Positions 37,108 to 47,241 of a stretch of DNA of 64,000 bases are shown piece by piece (within the stretch, counting starts at the first letter, position 1; each line of letters begins with the position of its first letter). The translations under genes and the position numbers were made by a program. The DNA is taken from the IMG/VR virus record IMGVR_UViG_3300002460_000021, positions 34,682 through 98,681 of that record. One strand, 5' to 3'. The notes under the pieces were generated by a model. It saw only the letters and a program-made list of their open reading frames with translations, was not told where the DNA came from and did not search any database. This DNA comes from a virus.

Positions 37108-37588
37108 GATAAGCGTCCAAACGTCGTAAGTATAATGTAGCTAGATCATAGCTCACACGCTCAAAGAACCGCAGCTTGGCGCCCGGTACTTTCTCGCCTG
37201 TAGTTATATCTAGCACGTCATTACAGCCTGTCAGGGCGACGTAACGTCGATCAGCAATACCCAGCTGCGCTGTCGGCAGATAACCGGTTACTTCGCGCGG
37301 AGCTCTGCCTTCAAGCGAACGAAACAGTTGATCTCCGTAGGCCAAGATCTCCGTTTCAAACGTCTCCAGTACTATCCAGCGTTGCTCGCTGTCAGTCAGT
37401 GGCGCGCGCTGCAATACGTCCGCAATCCACCACCATAATGCGCGGCCGTGGCTTAACGTCGTAATACTGGCGTCGACGTCTGCTAGGCGAGCTAAATTTC
37501 GCTGCTGTATTGCTGTCAGCGATTCGCACAACGCCGTAACCTTATCGCGTAACAATTCAGCCGGGGAATTGGAGGCAGTCGTACTCAT
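37085..37588 (-). CDS. Hypothetical protein
   Basis: 167-aa ORF overlapping its neighbours. Confidence 0.65.
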   Translation of the reverse strand: MSTTASNSPAELLRDKVTALCESLTAIQQRNLARLADVDASITTLSHGRALWWWIADVLQRAPLTDSEQRWIVLETFETEILAYGDQLFRSLEGRAPREVTGYLPTAQLGIADRRYVALTGCNDVLDITTGEKVPGAKLRFFERVSYDLATLYLRRLDAYLETTASA

Positions 37589-37916
37589 TCCTAAACTTCT
37601 TTTCTGTAGGGCCGTAAATAGCTACACGCTGTTGTAGCGCGCGCATATCTGCAGCGGTTTCAGCCGGTCGGCCGTCCGGCATAGGCTGGTACGGGCCGGA
37701 TTCTTTATTAATGCCGCAATTGGTTAAACCAAGCGCTGCCGCGGCGCGTATGGCCAGGTTGCGGGCTGTGCTGTCTGAAACTTCGTCGTACGAGGTTCCC
37801 TCGATGACAACACGAGCAGTGTGGCTGTTTTCAAGCTTACAAGCGTCCTTGATGATCGTAGCGGGCATTACAGGGAATCCTTTACCGTTAGAAGAATAGT
37901 TGCCATAACTATCCAC
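37557..37916 (-). CDS. Hypothetical protein
   Basis: ORF in the operon; true start probably MPATII. Confidence 0.6.
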   Translation of the reverse strand: MDSYGNYSSNGKGFPVMPATIIKDACKLENSHTARVVIEGTSYDEVSDSTARNLAIRAAAALGLTNCGINKESGPYQPMPDGRPAETAADMRALQQRVAIYGPTEKKFRNEYDCLQFPG

Positions 37917-37959
37917 CAGAGTAACACATCCATTAAAGAAGTGTCGACGGCACTAGGCA

Positions 37960-38250
37960 CTAGAAAATAACCGACTGTGTCTGACTGCCGACACGGTAAA
38001 TGATACTTACGGTGTCGACACCCAAGATTTGTTTAAACTGGATTTGCGCGGGTGGAGGCAGAGAAGCAATAGTTGTCTTAACTGTATTAAAATCTGGCGA
38101 GTTGGCCCCGCTACAGCCGCAGCCACCTGACTTCGTAGAGGACGTTGCTTGTTTTTTGGCGTGCTCAAGGAAGGGGAACGCGTTGACTAGAGCGGCATTG
38201 GCCAATAGCCCTAGAATCGAGTTATTATCAATAACTAGGACGCGTGCCAT
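37960..38250 (-). CDS. Hypothetical protein
   Basis: 96 aa, GCGC motif. Confidence 0.65.
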   Translation of the reverse strand: MARVLVIDNNSILGLLANAALVNAFPFLEHAKKQATSSTKSGGCGCSGANSPDFNTVKTTIASLPPPAQIQFKQILGVDTVSIIYRVGSQTQSVIF

Positions 38251-38251
38251 A

Positions 38252-38650
38252 TTACGGGGGTGCGCCTATCCACACATTTGTTGCGACGACAAGAACGTCT
38301 TGTGCGTCCAAGTTATTTTTAAGCACGCCTACGTCTGACACAATCCCATTCCAGACCTCTAAAGCCAGCGCCTCGGTGTTTTTCGTTATATCAAGTGCTG
38401 CTAGCCGAAACGCCCCCGCCGGGTCTCCGGACGGGGGATCGTTAATAGGTAAAGTAGTGAGGTCGCTTGGAGTGCATACCCCCTGGTATAAGTTACTGTT
38501 TGTTATAGGCTGACGCACCATCTTAAAAACCTCATTGGCCATCAAGTTACCTTGTGCAGCTACAACAGTAAACCTGAAGCCGGTTGAGGCCGCTAATGGC
38601 ACGGTCCCTTGCGGCGTGTACGTCAAATAAATTCGCCTAGTCGAAGCCAT
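38252..38650 (-). CDS. Hypothetical protein (possibly structural)
   Basis: 132 aa; its RBS lies inside the upstream hairpin. Confidence 0.65.
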   Translation of the reverse strand: MASTRRIYLTYTPQGTVPLAASTGFRFTVVAAQGNLMANEVFKMVRQPITNSNLYQGVCTPSDLTTLPINDPPSGDPAGAFRLAALDITKNTEALALEVWNGIVSDVGVLKNNLDAQDVLVVATNVWIGAPP

Positions 38651-38652
38651 AA

Positions 38653-38694
38653 CAGGCCCTCCAATAGATTAATGTTAATCTATTGGAGGGCCTG
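38653..38694 (-). promoter_or_regulatory. 20-bp perfect inverted repeat sequestering a GGAGG RBS
   Basis: CAGGCCCTCCAATAGATTAA-TG-TTAATCTATTGGAGGGCCTG; ends 2 nt before the ATG at 38650. Confidence 0.7.
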
Positions 38695-38710
38695 CGACTA
38701 TTCTAGATTA

Positions 38711-40123
38711 CTAGTCCTCGGTGTCCTCCCATGCCTCGATAGAATGGATATACGCCGGGGGACGCGGAGCTTCCTTAACCACCAGAACAGCGATTACCTT
38801 AACCCCCATAGGTGGTTCGTCGTGCCAGGGGGTGTAGCCGTCAGTGAACACGATAACTATACGAGGTCGCGGTCGACGCTCGAGGGCCTTGTCGACACCG
38901 ATCCGCATATCGGTGCCTCCGCCGCCGCTCAATTTAAAGTTACGAATGTCCGTCACGGCCTTAACTTCGTGAACCGCGGCATCCACCGCGATAAACGTGA
39001 TAGCGCTGCCAGCGCAGGCTCTCAGAACCCCCTGGCCTTCTTCCAGGCACTTACGCAGCTGATTGTCGCCCATAGAGCCCGACGTATCGATCACGCCTAC
39101 CAGGTACGGAATCGGACGGCTCCAGCTAGGTAGCAAGATATCGCCGGCGCTTCTGCGGGAAAAGCGCCGCCAGTCAGTGTCGTCAATACCGGCCGCCCAT
39201 GCCATGGCGCGCTTGGTGGCTACTGCCAATTCCCGCTGCCATGGAATGCGCGGCGGTTTCAACATACGTTTGGAGTCACGAACCATCCACTCCGGCATGT
39301 TGCCGCGCGTTCGTGAATGCTCGACGATCTCGCGAGCTACGCGTTTGCGCAGCATGTCCATTTCGGCCTCGGAAAGCCCGTCTGGCTTTGAGCTGTCGGC
39401 GGGGTTGGGAGACCCGTCCTCCCAATCATGATGTCCTGCCGCGCAAGAACCGCAGTGGCCCTTGCCGATGTGCGGATTGGCAGCGTTATCGGAACTACCA
39501 CTGCCGTCCTGGTTTCCCTGCGGTTGGTTTTGCGACTGCCCCTTACCGCCACCGTTTTGTTGAGGCTGGCCCTTAGAGGATCCGCTGCACGTGATAGTGA
39601 TGCTTACCTTGATTGCGTGTTTATCGATCAGATCCCAGTATTCCTCGGCGGCCAGCCCGTCCGGCCAGTTGTGCTGTTTTGGCAGCAGCCAGTCGTCGCC
39701 CATCGCCATTTCCGGTGGCTTCTGTGAAAACGCGTATCCGTTTTGAGCTTGCGACGTTCTTTCTTGAATCATCTTGTTGGCGTCTTCCAGCATAAGCTGA
39801 ATAGCGCTATTATTGGCGAAGTCCATGGCCATGTTAGCCAGGAACATATCCTTACCCAGTAACCGGTCGTGATGCTTGCACCAGAGATGCATAAGCTCAT
39901 GTAGAATCGCCGTGGCAATCTTGCCGACGGACCATTTTTCCACTTCCTCGATGTCGACGTACCAGCGGGCCCACCGGTCAACGGCCATGGTTCTGATTCC
40001 TGGTCTGCTGACCGGGACCAGGGCTAAATTAATAGCCTTGAAATACGGACACGCCATATTTAGTAACGCGCGTCCGGCCTGAATCGTGTCCGGCAAAATA
40101 ATAGCCATAATTGTCTCCGACAA
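38711..40123 (-). CDS. Metallopeptidase-vWA protein (DUF2201-like)
   Basis: TMAVD, HELMH, Gly/Gln/Ser linker, MIDAS DTSGS, GGGGTD, FTDG. Confidence 0.9.
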   Translation of the reverse strand: MSETIMAIILPDTIQAGRALLNMACPYFKAINLALVPVSRPGIRTMAVDRWARWYVDIEEVEKWSVGKIATAILHELMHLWCKHHDRLLGKDMFLANMAMDFANNSAIQLMLEDANKMIQERTSQAQNGYAFSQKPPEMAMGDDWLLPKQHNWPDGLAAEEYWDLIDKHAIKVSITITCSGSSKGQPQQNGGGKGQSQNQPQGNQDGSGSSDNAANPHIGKGHCGSCAAGHHDWEDGSPNPADSSKPDGLSEAEMDMLRKRVAREIVEHSRTRGNMPEWMVRDSKRMLKPPRIPWQRELAVATKRAMAWAAGIDDTDWRRFSRRSAGDILLPSWSRPIPYLVGVIDTSGSMGDNQLRKCLEEGQGVLRACAGSAITFIAVDAAVHEVKAVTDIRNFKLSGGGGTDMRIGVDKALERRPRPRIVIVFTDGYTPWHDEPPMGVKVIAVLVVKEAPRPPAYIHSIEAWEDTED

Positions 40124-40124
40124 A

Positions 40125-40149
40125 GGTCCGGGGCGTAGTGCCCCGGACC
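40125..40149 (-). terminator. Hairpin between the AAA and vWA genes
   Basis: 10-bp stem GGTCCGGGGC/GCCCCGGACC followed by TTTG on the minus strand. Confidence 0.55.
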
Positions 40150-40161
40150 CTGGTTATTGGT

Positions 40162-41397
40162 TTACTTCGTCAGTTTGCCCACCAGACCCATCTGCTCGAG
40201 AATTGGCAAGTATGGCTGAATTTGCTGCACGGGCAGCGGCAGTTTGCCCTGAATCTTGACTCCCTTAGCTGCGACACACAGATCCTTGGCAGAAATCAGG
40301 CCGACGTCCTTAGCACCTTGGTCGGCTACCGAGTGTAGAATATCCCATCCAGCAATCCAGCGCTCCGGCGTCAGATTGTTGGTAACGACCGCGGTGACGC
40401 TCATGATGAGCGTATAGGCGATATCGCCGCGGCTCGGCATCTTAAAGCTGAACGAGCCTTTCTTTTTCCGCTGCCGAATGGCGTCGGCAACGATATCCTC
40501 CGGGTCGGGCAAGTCCATGGTGCGCGCCCAGTTAATGAACTCATCCGTCGGACCCTCGCCGACATCGCCCGCGATTAGCTTCGCGGCATCCACCAGGGGC
40601 TTTCCCTGGTAAAACATGTCACCCACGGCGCGACTGGCATTTTCCCAAGTTCGACACGAAGGCCACGCGTTGCCTTGCTTCGCTTGCTCCTTTGGAAACT
40701 GGAGCAGCATGTTCGGCTTGTGGTGTATGAAGCCGGAAACCATGGCGCGGGCGCGAGCCCAGTGGTTTTCGGGGACAACGGTCGAAGGCATCAAATCGAA
40801 ACCAACGCTGGGCGGATCGCCCCAGTAGGTGGTGAAGCCCTCGGCCCACTCGATCGCAAAAGCATGCAGGCCAGAGTCCCCTCCCTCTGGGTGGTGATAA
40901 TGCCGGAAACGGTTGGCCATCGGCGGCGTGAGGTCCTGACTGTCCGCGCCCATCTCAACCGGATTGCCGGCGGCAACCACGGCCACGCGCTTCGGGTCCA
41001 GCTGCAAATCGCCGAAACACAGCTGATGGATGGCGCGCAAACAGGCGGCCTGGACAGAGGGACGGGAATTCGGCAACTCGTCGAAAAAGATCGCGCCGCC
41101 CTTCTTGTAGATCTGTACGATGAAATCGCGCGGCGCAAACACGATAAACGGCAGTTCTCGTTTGGTGCCGTCCGTTTCTTCGATAACCATGGTCGTGCGC
41201 GACTGAACCGGGAACCCGTTGACGTCGGTTTGTTCGGAGATGGACGCCAGCAGCGTGTGCTGCGGAACGTTGTGGCTCTTGAAGAGGGACTCGACCTGCT
41301 TGGTCTTGCCAGTTCCTGGAGGGCCCCAGATCATGGACGGTACGCCCTGCGCCACGCACCTCGTAATGAAGTCTTTCAGACGGCTCATACTTACCAC
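40162..41397 (-). CDS. MoxR-type AAA+ ATPase
   Basis: GPPGTGKT, FFDE, AAGNP, PMANRF, SCRTWE; paired with the vWA gene. Confidence 0.92.
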   Translation of the reverse strand: MVSMSRLKDFITRCVAQGVPSMIWGPPGTGKTKQVESLFKSHNVPQHTLLASISEQTDVNGFPVQSRTTMVIEETDGTKRELPFIVFAPRDFIVQIYKKGGAIFFDELPNSRPSVQAACLRAIHQLCFGDLQLDPKRVAVVAAGNPVEMGADSQDLTPPMANRFRHYHHPEGGDSGLHAFAIEWAEGFTTYWGDPPSVGFDLMPSTVVPENHWARARAMVSGFIHHKPNMLLQFPKEQAKQGNAWPSCRTWENASRAVGDMFYQGKPLVDAAKLIAGDVGEGPTDEFINWARTMDLPDPEDIVADAIRQRKKKGSFSFKMPSRGDIAYTLIMSVTAVVTNNLTPERWIAGWDILHSVADQGAKDVGLISAKDLCVAAKGVKIQGKLPLPVQQIQPYLPILEQMGLVGKLTK

Positions 41398-41483
41398 CTT
41401 TCATTCTCTACTTATCCTACGTTCAAACACAAAATCTAGAACAAGGAATTATGCCAGGATTTACTTACAAATTTAGGATGATT

Positions 41484-42452
41484 CTAGCGAGATAGGACTG
41501 CTGCGGCTACTAGAATTGGATCTATTTTTGATAGGCATTCTGGAAGGTGGCTGCCATCAAGAAGTTGCAGCGGACGACGGCAAAGAAAGCCGTCTGGAAA
41601 TGTACTGTCGTTGTGAGGTGGGACAACAGAACAACTCCAGCAGCCGCCAGTTTGACAGCAGTCGAGTTGCCCTATTGTATGAAAGAAATGATGAGGCGTT
41701 ATTAGGTGCGCGGCATTAGGTAGCGCTGTGTTGTCTCTGGTAAAGGCGGTCCACCACCATGATTCTCTGCCGCCTGCCACCACTACACACGGCTTAGAAA
41801 ATGCCGCGGCAATCAGCATGGGCAGGCTAACGCCACATAATACGCCTTCTGCATGGTATATGAGGCGTATTAATTCACGTAGCGTAGTTTGGCCGGTGCG
41901 ATCGACTACATTGAGTAATTTATGATGTGTATGCTGAAATCTAGCATCGCCGCGGCAGCCTGCTTGTACCCAGTTAGTGCCGCGGGTATGTGTGTAATCA
42001 ATTACAGACTGAAATCCTGCCTTTGACCAAATTTTAGTTGCGGCGTCGGGCTTACCGCCAGCAACTACGACCCAGTAAGGCTCTTGGTAATAACTGGAGT
42101 GCTGTTCGCTTTGAGATAGATGTAAATCAGGATACGGGTCAGTTAATGTGACTTTTATACCTGTCTGCCGCGTTAGGTCTCGATGAAACGAATCTAGAAA
42201 ATGAAGACGCGCTCCGTTTTTAAACACGTCATCTATGTCAGTACGGTAATTTAATCGAATTTTTCTTACTGCGTCGCCTGGGCCGAGGTGAATTAAATAG
42301 GGATTATACTTTGCTATTTCCCCACCACCTGTTGCCTCTAACCCCACCTCAATATCCGGATATTGACGATGAAGATCGCGCACTAACGCCGTAACCGCTA
42401 CGGTATCTCCTGCGGCCATGGGGACTTGCAGAAGTATACGCTCAGAAGCCAC
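41484..42452 (-). CDS. GT9 (ADP-heptose:heptosyltransferase-like) glycosyltransferase
   Basis: AGD...TA.VRDL, YNPY, GGKPDAATKIW, GQTTLRELIRLIYHAEG, AAAFSKP.VVVAGGRE, Cys-rich C-terminus. Confidence 0.85.
   Translation of the reverse strand: MASERILLQVPMAAGDTVAVTALVRDLHRQYPDIEVGLEATGGGEIAKYNPYLIHLGPGDAVRKIRLNYRTDIDDVFKNGARLHFLDSFHRDLTRQTGIKVTLTDPYPDLHLSQSEQHSSYYQEPYWVVVAGGKPDAATKIWSKAGFQSVIDYTHTRGTNWVQAGCRGDARFQHTHHKLLNVVDRTGQTTLRELIRLIYHAEGVLCGVSLPMLIAAAFSKPCVVVAGGRESWWWTAFTRDNTALPNAAHLITPHHFFHTIGQLDCCQTGGCWSCSVVPPHNDSTFPDGFLCRRPLQLLDGSHLPECLSKIDPILVAAAVLSR
42351..42364. repeat. AATATCCGGATATT palindrome, copy 7 (intragenic, encodes YPDI)
   Basis: Exact match, extends to 18 bp. Confidence 0.97.
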
Positions 42453-42477
42453 AGGCTACTCCGACAATCCAAACACG

Positions 42478-42987
42478 TCACGCGCCCCACCCGAACACGC
42501 ACCCGTTCACGGCGTATGCACAATATGTCGGCCAAAAAATCCCCGGCCCCTGAATCGAATTCGGCCAATATAATAGATCGAATTTTAAATCAGGCGACAG
42601 GCTTACACAAATCTCGTCAGTCGTCCGCACGCCCCCGCCCTCGTTCGTGCAGCACAATTGTGTATGCATGTCGTAAAAAACGCCGCGGGCCGGATCAAAA
42701 ATCGAGCCGGTAAATCCGTGTCTACGCACGCCAACAAACATATCACCGATTTCAAGCTTGGTTCCATGTGTATGCACCAGCCAGAGCGTGAGCCACGCTA
42801 CCTTAGCGTCGGATGGTAAGAAATCTGAACAATCGATTACATTCCAAACACCGGCAAGATTAGTCTTCCAGCCAGCTGGAATTGGAGTTACGCCTTGGCT
42901 GAATCTGATCGGGTTAAACTGCCGCGGATTATCACGAGCTATTCCCCAGCGAGTAACCTCTGTCCAGCGAGATGGGTCGTACGGCAT
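42478..42987 (-). CDS. Hypothetical tail-fibre-associated protein
   Basis: Start MPYDPSRW after GGAGG; beta-rich; downstream of the fibre genes. Confidence 0.55.
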   Translation of the reverse strand: MPYDPSRWTEVTRWGIARDNPRQFNPIRFSQGVTPIPAGWKTNLAGVWNVIDCSDFLPSDAKVAWLTLWLVHTHGTKLEIGDMFVGVRRHGFTGSIFDPARGVFYDMHTQLCCTNEGGGVRTTDEICVSLSPDLKFDLLYWPNSIQGPGIFWPTYCAYAVNGCVFGWGA

Positions 42988-42991
42988 AACA

Positions 42992-43348
42992 CTATCCTCC
43001 AACCGCCTGGATGCGAGCCTGCGCATCGCGCACCAGCTGTACTGCCCATGTTGGCGGTTGTGCGTTATCAAGCCGTGCTGCCAAAATGGCGTTGTGAGCA
43101 GCCAGGAGTTTAACAGGAATCGACACGCCGTCGAGTTTGTCGCCGAGTGTCGGCGTACCATCGTGGTTGGCGATAATTGATTGCACTACGGCGTCGTCAG
43201 CTGAATCGTCTGTGACTACTTCGCCAGCGGCTGTAAATCCCGGGCTACCGCCGTTACAGCGAAATGTCACAACGCCGATTCCGACAGACAAGAGGGCTTT
43301 GCCCAAGGTGTCGGGGTTGAATCGTTTATCAATTAAATAAGTTTTCAT
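42992..43348 (-). CDS. Probable tail fibre assembly/chaperone-like protein
   Basis: 118 aa directly downstream of the fibre gene. Confidence 0.5.
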   Translation of the reverse strand: MKTYLIDKRFNPDTLGKALLSVGIGVVTFRCNGGSPGFTAAGEVVTDDSADDAVVQSIIANHDGTPTLGDKLDGVSIPVKLLAAHNAILAARLDNAQPPTWAVQLVRDAQARIQAVGG

Positions 43349-43359
43349 GCCTTCATCAC

Positions 43360-45072
43360 TTATGCTTTCACCATTGCTGACATATAAGTTGTAAATGGGT
43401 CGTAAGTCGAGCCAACTGATCCGCGACTAAAATCCGGCTGGAAACTTAGCGTTCCGGCACCTGTCCTAAACATCATATAAAGCGTATGCTTACCTTCCGC
43501 AAACATTTTTGCTGGATCTCCGCTTATCAGTTCTACGGCTTGGTTGGATGAGGCTTGATACTGGACTGCTCCTACCAACAGGTTAGCTGTAGTATCAGCA
43601 GATACACCATTAAACGCGGTAGTTACCGTAGCGTTGTAACCAAAAGCCTGGAAAAGATAACTGATACTGTCTTCGCTATTACTAATGAAATTCAATTTAT
43701 TATTAGTGCCCGCATTACATTCTACATAAGTAGTGCTTGTCGTGGTATAAGTCGTGGGACTATTGTTATCGTTGTAGGCCGGACAGGTGAATAAAGGAGA
43801 ATCAATCCTGTTATAGTAATTGATTACATAACGGTTTATTAAAGAGTCTTCTGTCATTGTCGTCGAGACGGTGTAAATCCAGCCAATAAATCGCCTTGTC
43901 GTCACACCGTTTTTGACACGGACGCCGTTCTGGACCACATATGCCGTCGTGGACACATCAAGTGTCAGGGTACCGTTACTGGAATAAATATATACGTAGT
44001 ATAGCGTAGCACTTGAAAGACCCAGGCCGGACAGATCAATCGTTACATCTGCCAGCAGTTTGTGCGGCTGCCACGACGTGCCATCGAAAAGCGACACGTT
44101 GTTGCCGCGGCAGGGCGTGGCAACTAGGGTGCTGTGCTGAATTCCAGACGGGTCCAGATAGGTCGTGATCGAGGCCGTAAGATTGACAGCGCCGGTATCG
44201 GCGATGGCTCCTGCAGCGGTAGTGTGCAGGGAGATGGTGGTGCTCGATCTGTTCCTGGCATAGTACAAGGTATCCTGTGTTAAGCCGCCACCGGTAGCGC
44301 CCGGCGTCACAATAGTCCCCGTGGCCCAGCCATGCGCCGCGGCAAAAGTAATAATATCTGTACCGGTGTCCGTAGAGGACGGCGTTAATTTGACGGAGGG
44401 CCGATAAGCCGGGTCGGACGCCGCTAGAGTCAGCCGTATATTGCAATGATCGACTGTGAGATCGTGATTGACTTGCCTAAAAACCGGAGTAGTCGTATCC
44501 AGGCTGGCTGGTAATATACTGCCGGTCATATGCCAAAGCGTGTCCCCATTAACATCACCGAACGAAACAGGAACGTACATTGGCGTTAGCTGGTACGTCT
44601 CATTAAAATCGTAATCTCTTTGCAATATAAACGGATTAGAGCCATCACCAGTTTGCTTGACAACGTAAATACCATTTTCTGTAGCGGTGGCTTCGTCTTT
44701 AACTAGTATTCTGTCGCCAACAATTGGGCTTCGGCCAGTGTCAATGGCCAGGGCGCCGTTGGCGCTAGCGGTTTTGGTTTGTGCCGCCGAGCTATAGGTG
44801 TTAGCCGCTAAGGCTTTAGCCGTGGCGAACCGGCAGGCCTGCCGTAGTTGCGGCGGCCACCACCTTTGCCCATCGCAAGTCAGCACAACAGATGGAAATT
44901 GACTCAAATCAAATCCATACGCCGCCGCACCACCAATGTTACCTGTAACTATGTAGCTGAATCCTTTTAGACCTTGGTTGGGCCGGGGGATCTTGTCGGC
45001 AGTGCCTGACAGAACGGCCCCCGGGGTTAAGGCGGCTTGTCCAAAGGATTTAAAGCCATCTCCCCAACCCAT
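43360..45072 (-). CDS. Tail fibre / receptor-binding protein
   Basis: GDRILVKDE....ENGIYV fibre motif; Thr-rich mosaic domains. Confidence 0.75.
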   Translation of the reverse strand: MGWGDGFKSFGQAALTPGAVLSGTADKIPRPNQGLKGFSYIVTGNIGGAAAYGFDLSQFPSVVLTCDGQRWWPPQLRQACRFATAKALAANTYSSAAQTKTASANGALAIDTGRSPIVGDRILVKDEATATENGIYVVKQTGDGSNPFILQRDYDFNETYQLTPMYVPVSFGDVNGDTLWHMTGSILPASLDTTTPVFRQVNHDLTVDHCNIRLTLAASDPAYRPSVKLTPSSTDTGTDIITFAAAHGWATGTIVTPGATGGGLTQDTLYYARNRSSTTISLHTTAAGAIADTGAVNLTASITTYLDPSGIQHSTLVATPCRGNNVSLFDGTSWQPHKLLADVTIDLSGLGLSSATLYYVYIYSSNGTLTLDVSTTAYVVQNGVRVKNGVTTRRFIGWIYTVSTTMTEDSLINRYVINYYNRIDSPLFTCPAYNDNNSPTTYTTTSTTYVECNAGTNNKLNFISNSEDSISYLFQAFGYNATVTTAFNGVSADTTANLLVGAVQYQASSNQAVELISGDPAKMFAEGKHTLYMMFRTGAGTLSFQPDFSRGSVGSTYDPFTTYMSAMVKA

Positions 45073-45473
45073 TAGTAATTTCCTCCGAAGGCAAACAGAT
45101 TGAAGGTTTCACTGACATGCGTGCTGCCCCAGACACTATCCGTGGCATCTGTTAAAACTAACGGCCTAGTAGGAATCCAGTCGTAGGTGAATACAGTCAC
45201 CGTAGTGCCTGGTGTTATGGCTGGCACCAGGATTTCCGCTAGTAGTCGTTTAGTTGAACCGCTGTCAGTACTAACAAATAATCTTACCACACCAGCGGTT
45301 GTAGTTCCTGTAGCTACTACTCTAACCATGTCGATAATTGTACCGTTGGTGCCGCCAGTAATAAGAGACACATAGGCACCAGTAGCACCATCACGATTAG
45401 TGTTAGCAGTAGTAACCTGGCAGTAGCTTAGCGCGCTGGACAGAACGAAGATTGGTGTCGTATTTGCAGCCAT
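45072..45473 (-). CDS. Small virion/fibre-associated beta protein
   Basis: MAANTTPIF...TANTNRDG..GG.Y pattern seen in phage fibre clusters. Confidence 0.65.
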   Translation of the reverse strand: MAANTTPIFVLSSALSYCQVTTANTNRDGATGAYVSLITGGTNGTIIDMVRVVATGTTTAGVVRLFVSTDSGSTKRLLAEILVPAITPGTTVTVFTYDWIPTRPLVLTDATDSVWGSTHVSETFNLFAFGGNY

Positions 45474-45481
45474 GATTTCCT

Positions 45482-46513
45482 CTATGCGTATATGTGAGCA
45501 GAAACCCAGTTATCCACTGCCGATGCCGCGCTGGCAGCTATTGCAACAGATGTTAACGTAACTATTCGTCCTTGACTATCTATAGTTACTGCCGCGACAT
45601 GTGTGCTGTCGCCTACCGGCCCCTGCGCGCCACCGCCAAAATAAGCAACAATGTCTGCCGAGGATTTGGGCAAGAATGCGCGTTGCGCGTTAGATAAACT
45701 GGCGTTTTCAGGCACAACTGTAGGATTGGGGTATGTACCGCTAAGGTCACCACCGGCCGCGCCAGATGGTGCCGCGCCAGTAATCAACACGGACGTCAGT
45801 GTAACTATGCGTCCCTGATCATCTGTAGTTACAGCTGCAACATGTGTGCCGTCGCCTATTGGTCCCTGGGCACCAGAACCGATGTAGGAAGACACTATCT
45901 GGGACTGTGGCGAAAATACTCGTTGTGCTAACGCCAGGCTGGCGTTTTCGGGCACTACTGTTGGATTTGGGTAGGTACCACTTAAATCACCGCCAGCCGC
46001 TCCTCCCGGAGATGTGCCACTGATGGTAGCAGGCGTTAATGAGACTACGCGCCCTTGACTATCAACTGTGACGACTGGCGCTGTAGTCGTACTACCTGTC
46101 GGGCCCGCCGCGCCACTTCCAAAATACGGGACGGCCGGAGCTTGCGGTATAAAAGATCTATGCGCATTAGTTAAATTAGCGTTCTCCGGCACTATTGTAG
46201 GATTAGGATAAGTGCCGCTAAGGTCTCCGCCAGCCAGGCCAAGAAGAGGATGAATACGCGTACCAAACGCAGTCACCGGCAACACTATTTGATCGGAGTC
46301 GCCGCTAGTGGTTGCGGTAGATTCGATCGTAATGCTACCTAACGATCGCGTTATAGTTATGCCGGTTCCAGCGACAACATCATCTGGGCGTATTCCACGT
46401 CTTCCGAATACTTGCGCGGCAATCGCTAACCCGGCCTGATCCTCTACGATGCCGGGATTAGGCAAAGTACCTGTTAGCGCCCCTCCCAGCAGTGTAAATG
46501 GATTAAAGTGCAT
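45482..46513 (-). CDS. Fibre-like protein with three ~80-aa repeats (AGGDLSGTYPNPT)
   Basis: Repeats visible directly, with VTxDxQGRI motifs. Confidence 0.75.
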   Translation of the reverse strand: MHFNPFTLLGGALTGTLPNPGIVEDQAGLAIAAQVFGRRGIRPDDVVAGTGITITRSLGSITIESTATTSGDSDQIVLPVTAFGTRIHPLLGLAGGDLSGTYPNPTIVPENANLTNAHRSFIPQAPAVPYFGSGAAGPTGSTTTAPVVTVDSQGRVVSLTPATISGTSPGGAAGGDLSGTYPNPTVVPENASLALAQRVFSPQSQIVSSYIGSGAQGPIGDGTHVAAVTTDDQGRIVTLTSVLITGAAPSGAAGGDLSGTYPNPTVVPENASLSNAQRAFLPKSSADIVAYFGGGAQGPVGDSTHVAAVTIDSQGRIVTLTSVAIAASAASAVDNWVSAHIYA

Positions 46514-46527
46514 AACCGCGCCTCGGT

Positions 46528-47241
46528 TTAATTAATAGCGTCATTTCGAATATGGAAATTACCCAGGTCTCCGCAACGGCTCATGTGACCATACGCGTAG
46601 CCCGGTGTCGGGAAATACTTGTGTCTAAACTCCTCCCATCTATCATACCCGTGGTATTCTCCCAGTATGAATTTAATCTTATTTCGCAAGGTTGTTTTAC
46701 CCAGTATCGAGTACTCACTCCCTTCGCAGTCCAGTTTAATGCAGTCTATTTGTTCTCTGCCTTCTTTATGCATTATATCTTCTAGCGTTACTTTGGGCAT
46801 ACTACGACAGTCATGCCAGTACTGAGCATCCTTGTGGCCTTCTTTTAAATCTGTTATTGGGACGACGGTCGATCCGCCTGTATTTAAACAGTTAGGGCTA
46901 ACCGAATTTAACAGCCCCAGCTCACCCTCCTCGTAAGTGCACGCCGCACGTATTACTTCAGCGAAGCTGTCCACATTTGCGTGTAATGCGTCTAAATTCT
47001 CAGGACACGCCTCAACGCATACGATCCGCGCTGTAGGATCTTTATCGTGCCACAGTCTAGCAAATGAGCCAATATGGGCGCCTATATCAATAATCAATTC
47101 ATTAGACCGCCGCCGCGGAAACAGCAAATAAGTCTTATACGCATCAGCGTGGTATACTTCATTGATTATACCGATATCCTGACTGCGGTTATTAGCGCGC
47201 ACCCAGAAGCCATTCGCCAATACTAATCCTGCTTTAGTCAT
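46528..47241 (-). CDS. FkbM-family methyltransferase
   Basis: IDIGAHIG, VEA, IKLDCEGSE, GEYH. Confidence 0.92.
   Translation of the reverse strand: MTKAGLVLANGFWVRANNRSQDIGIINEVYHADAYKTYLLFPRRRSNELIIDIGAHIGSFARLWHDKDPTARIVCVEACPENLDALHANVDSFAEVIRAACTYEEGELGLLNSVSPNCLNTGGSTVVPITDLKEGHKDAQYWHDCRSMPKVTLEDIMHKEGREQIDCIKLDCEGSEYSILGKTTLRNKIKFILGEYHGYDRWEEFRHKYFPTPGYAYGHMSRCGDLGNFHIRNDAIN

Noticed and set aside
40675-41439. 254-aa plus-strand ORF and similar antisense ORFs (e.g. 54313-54966, 24435-24911)
   Set aside because: These are shadows of well-supported minus-strand genes in GC-rich sequence.
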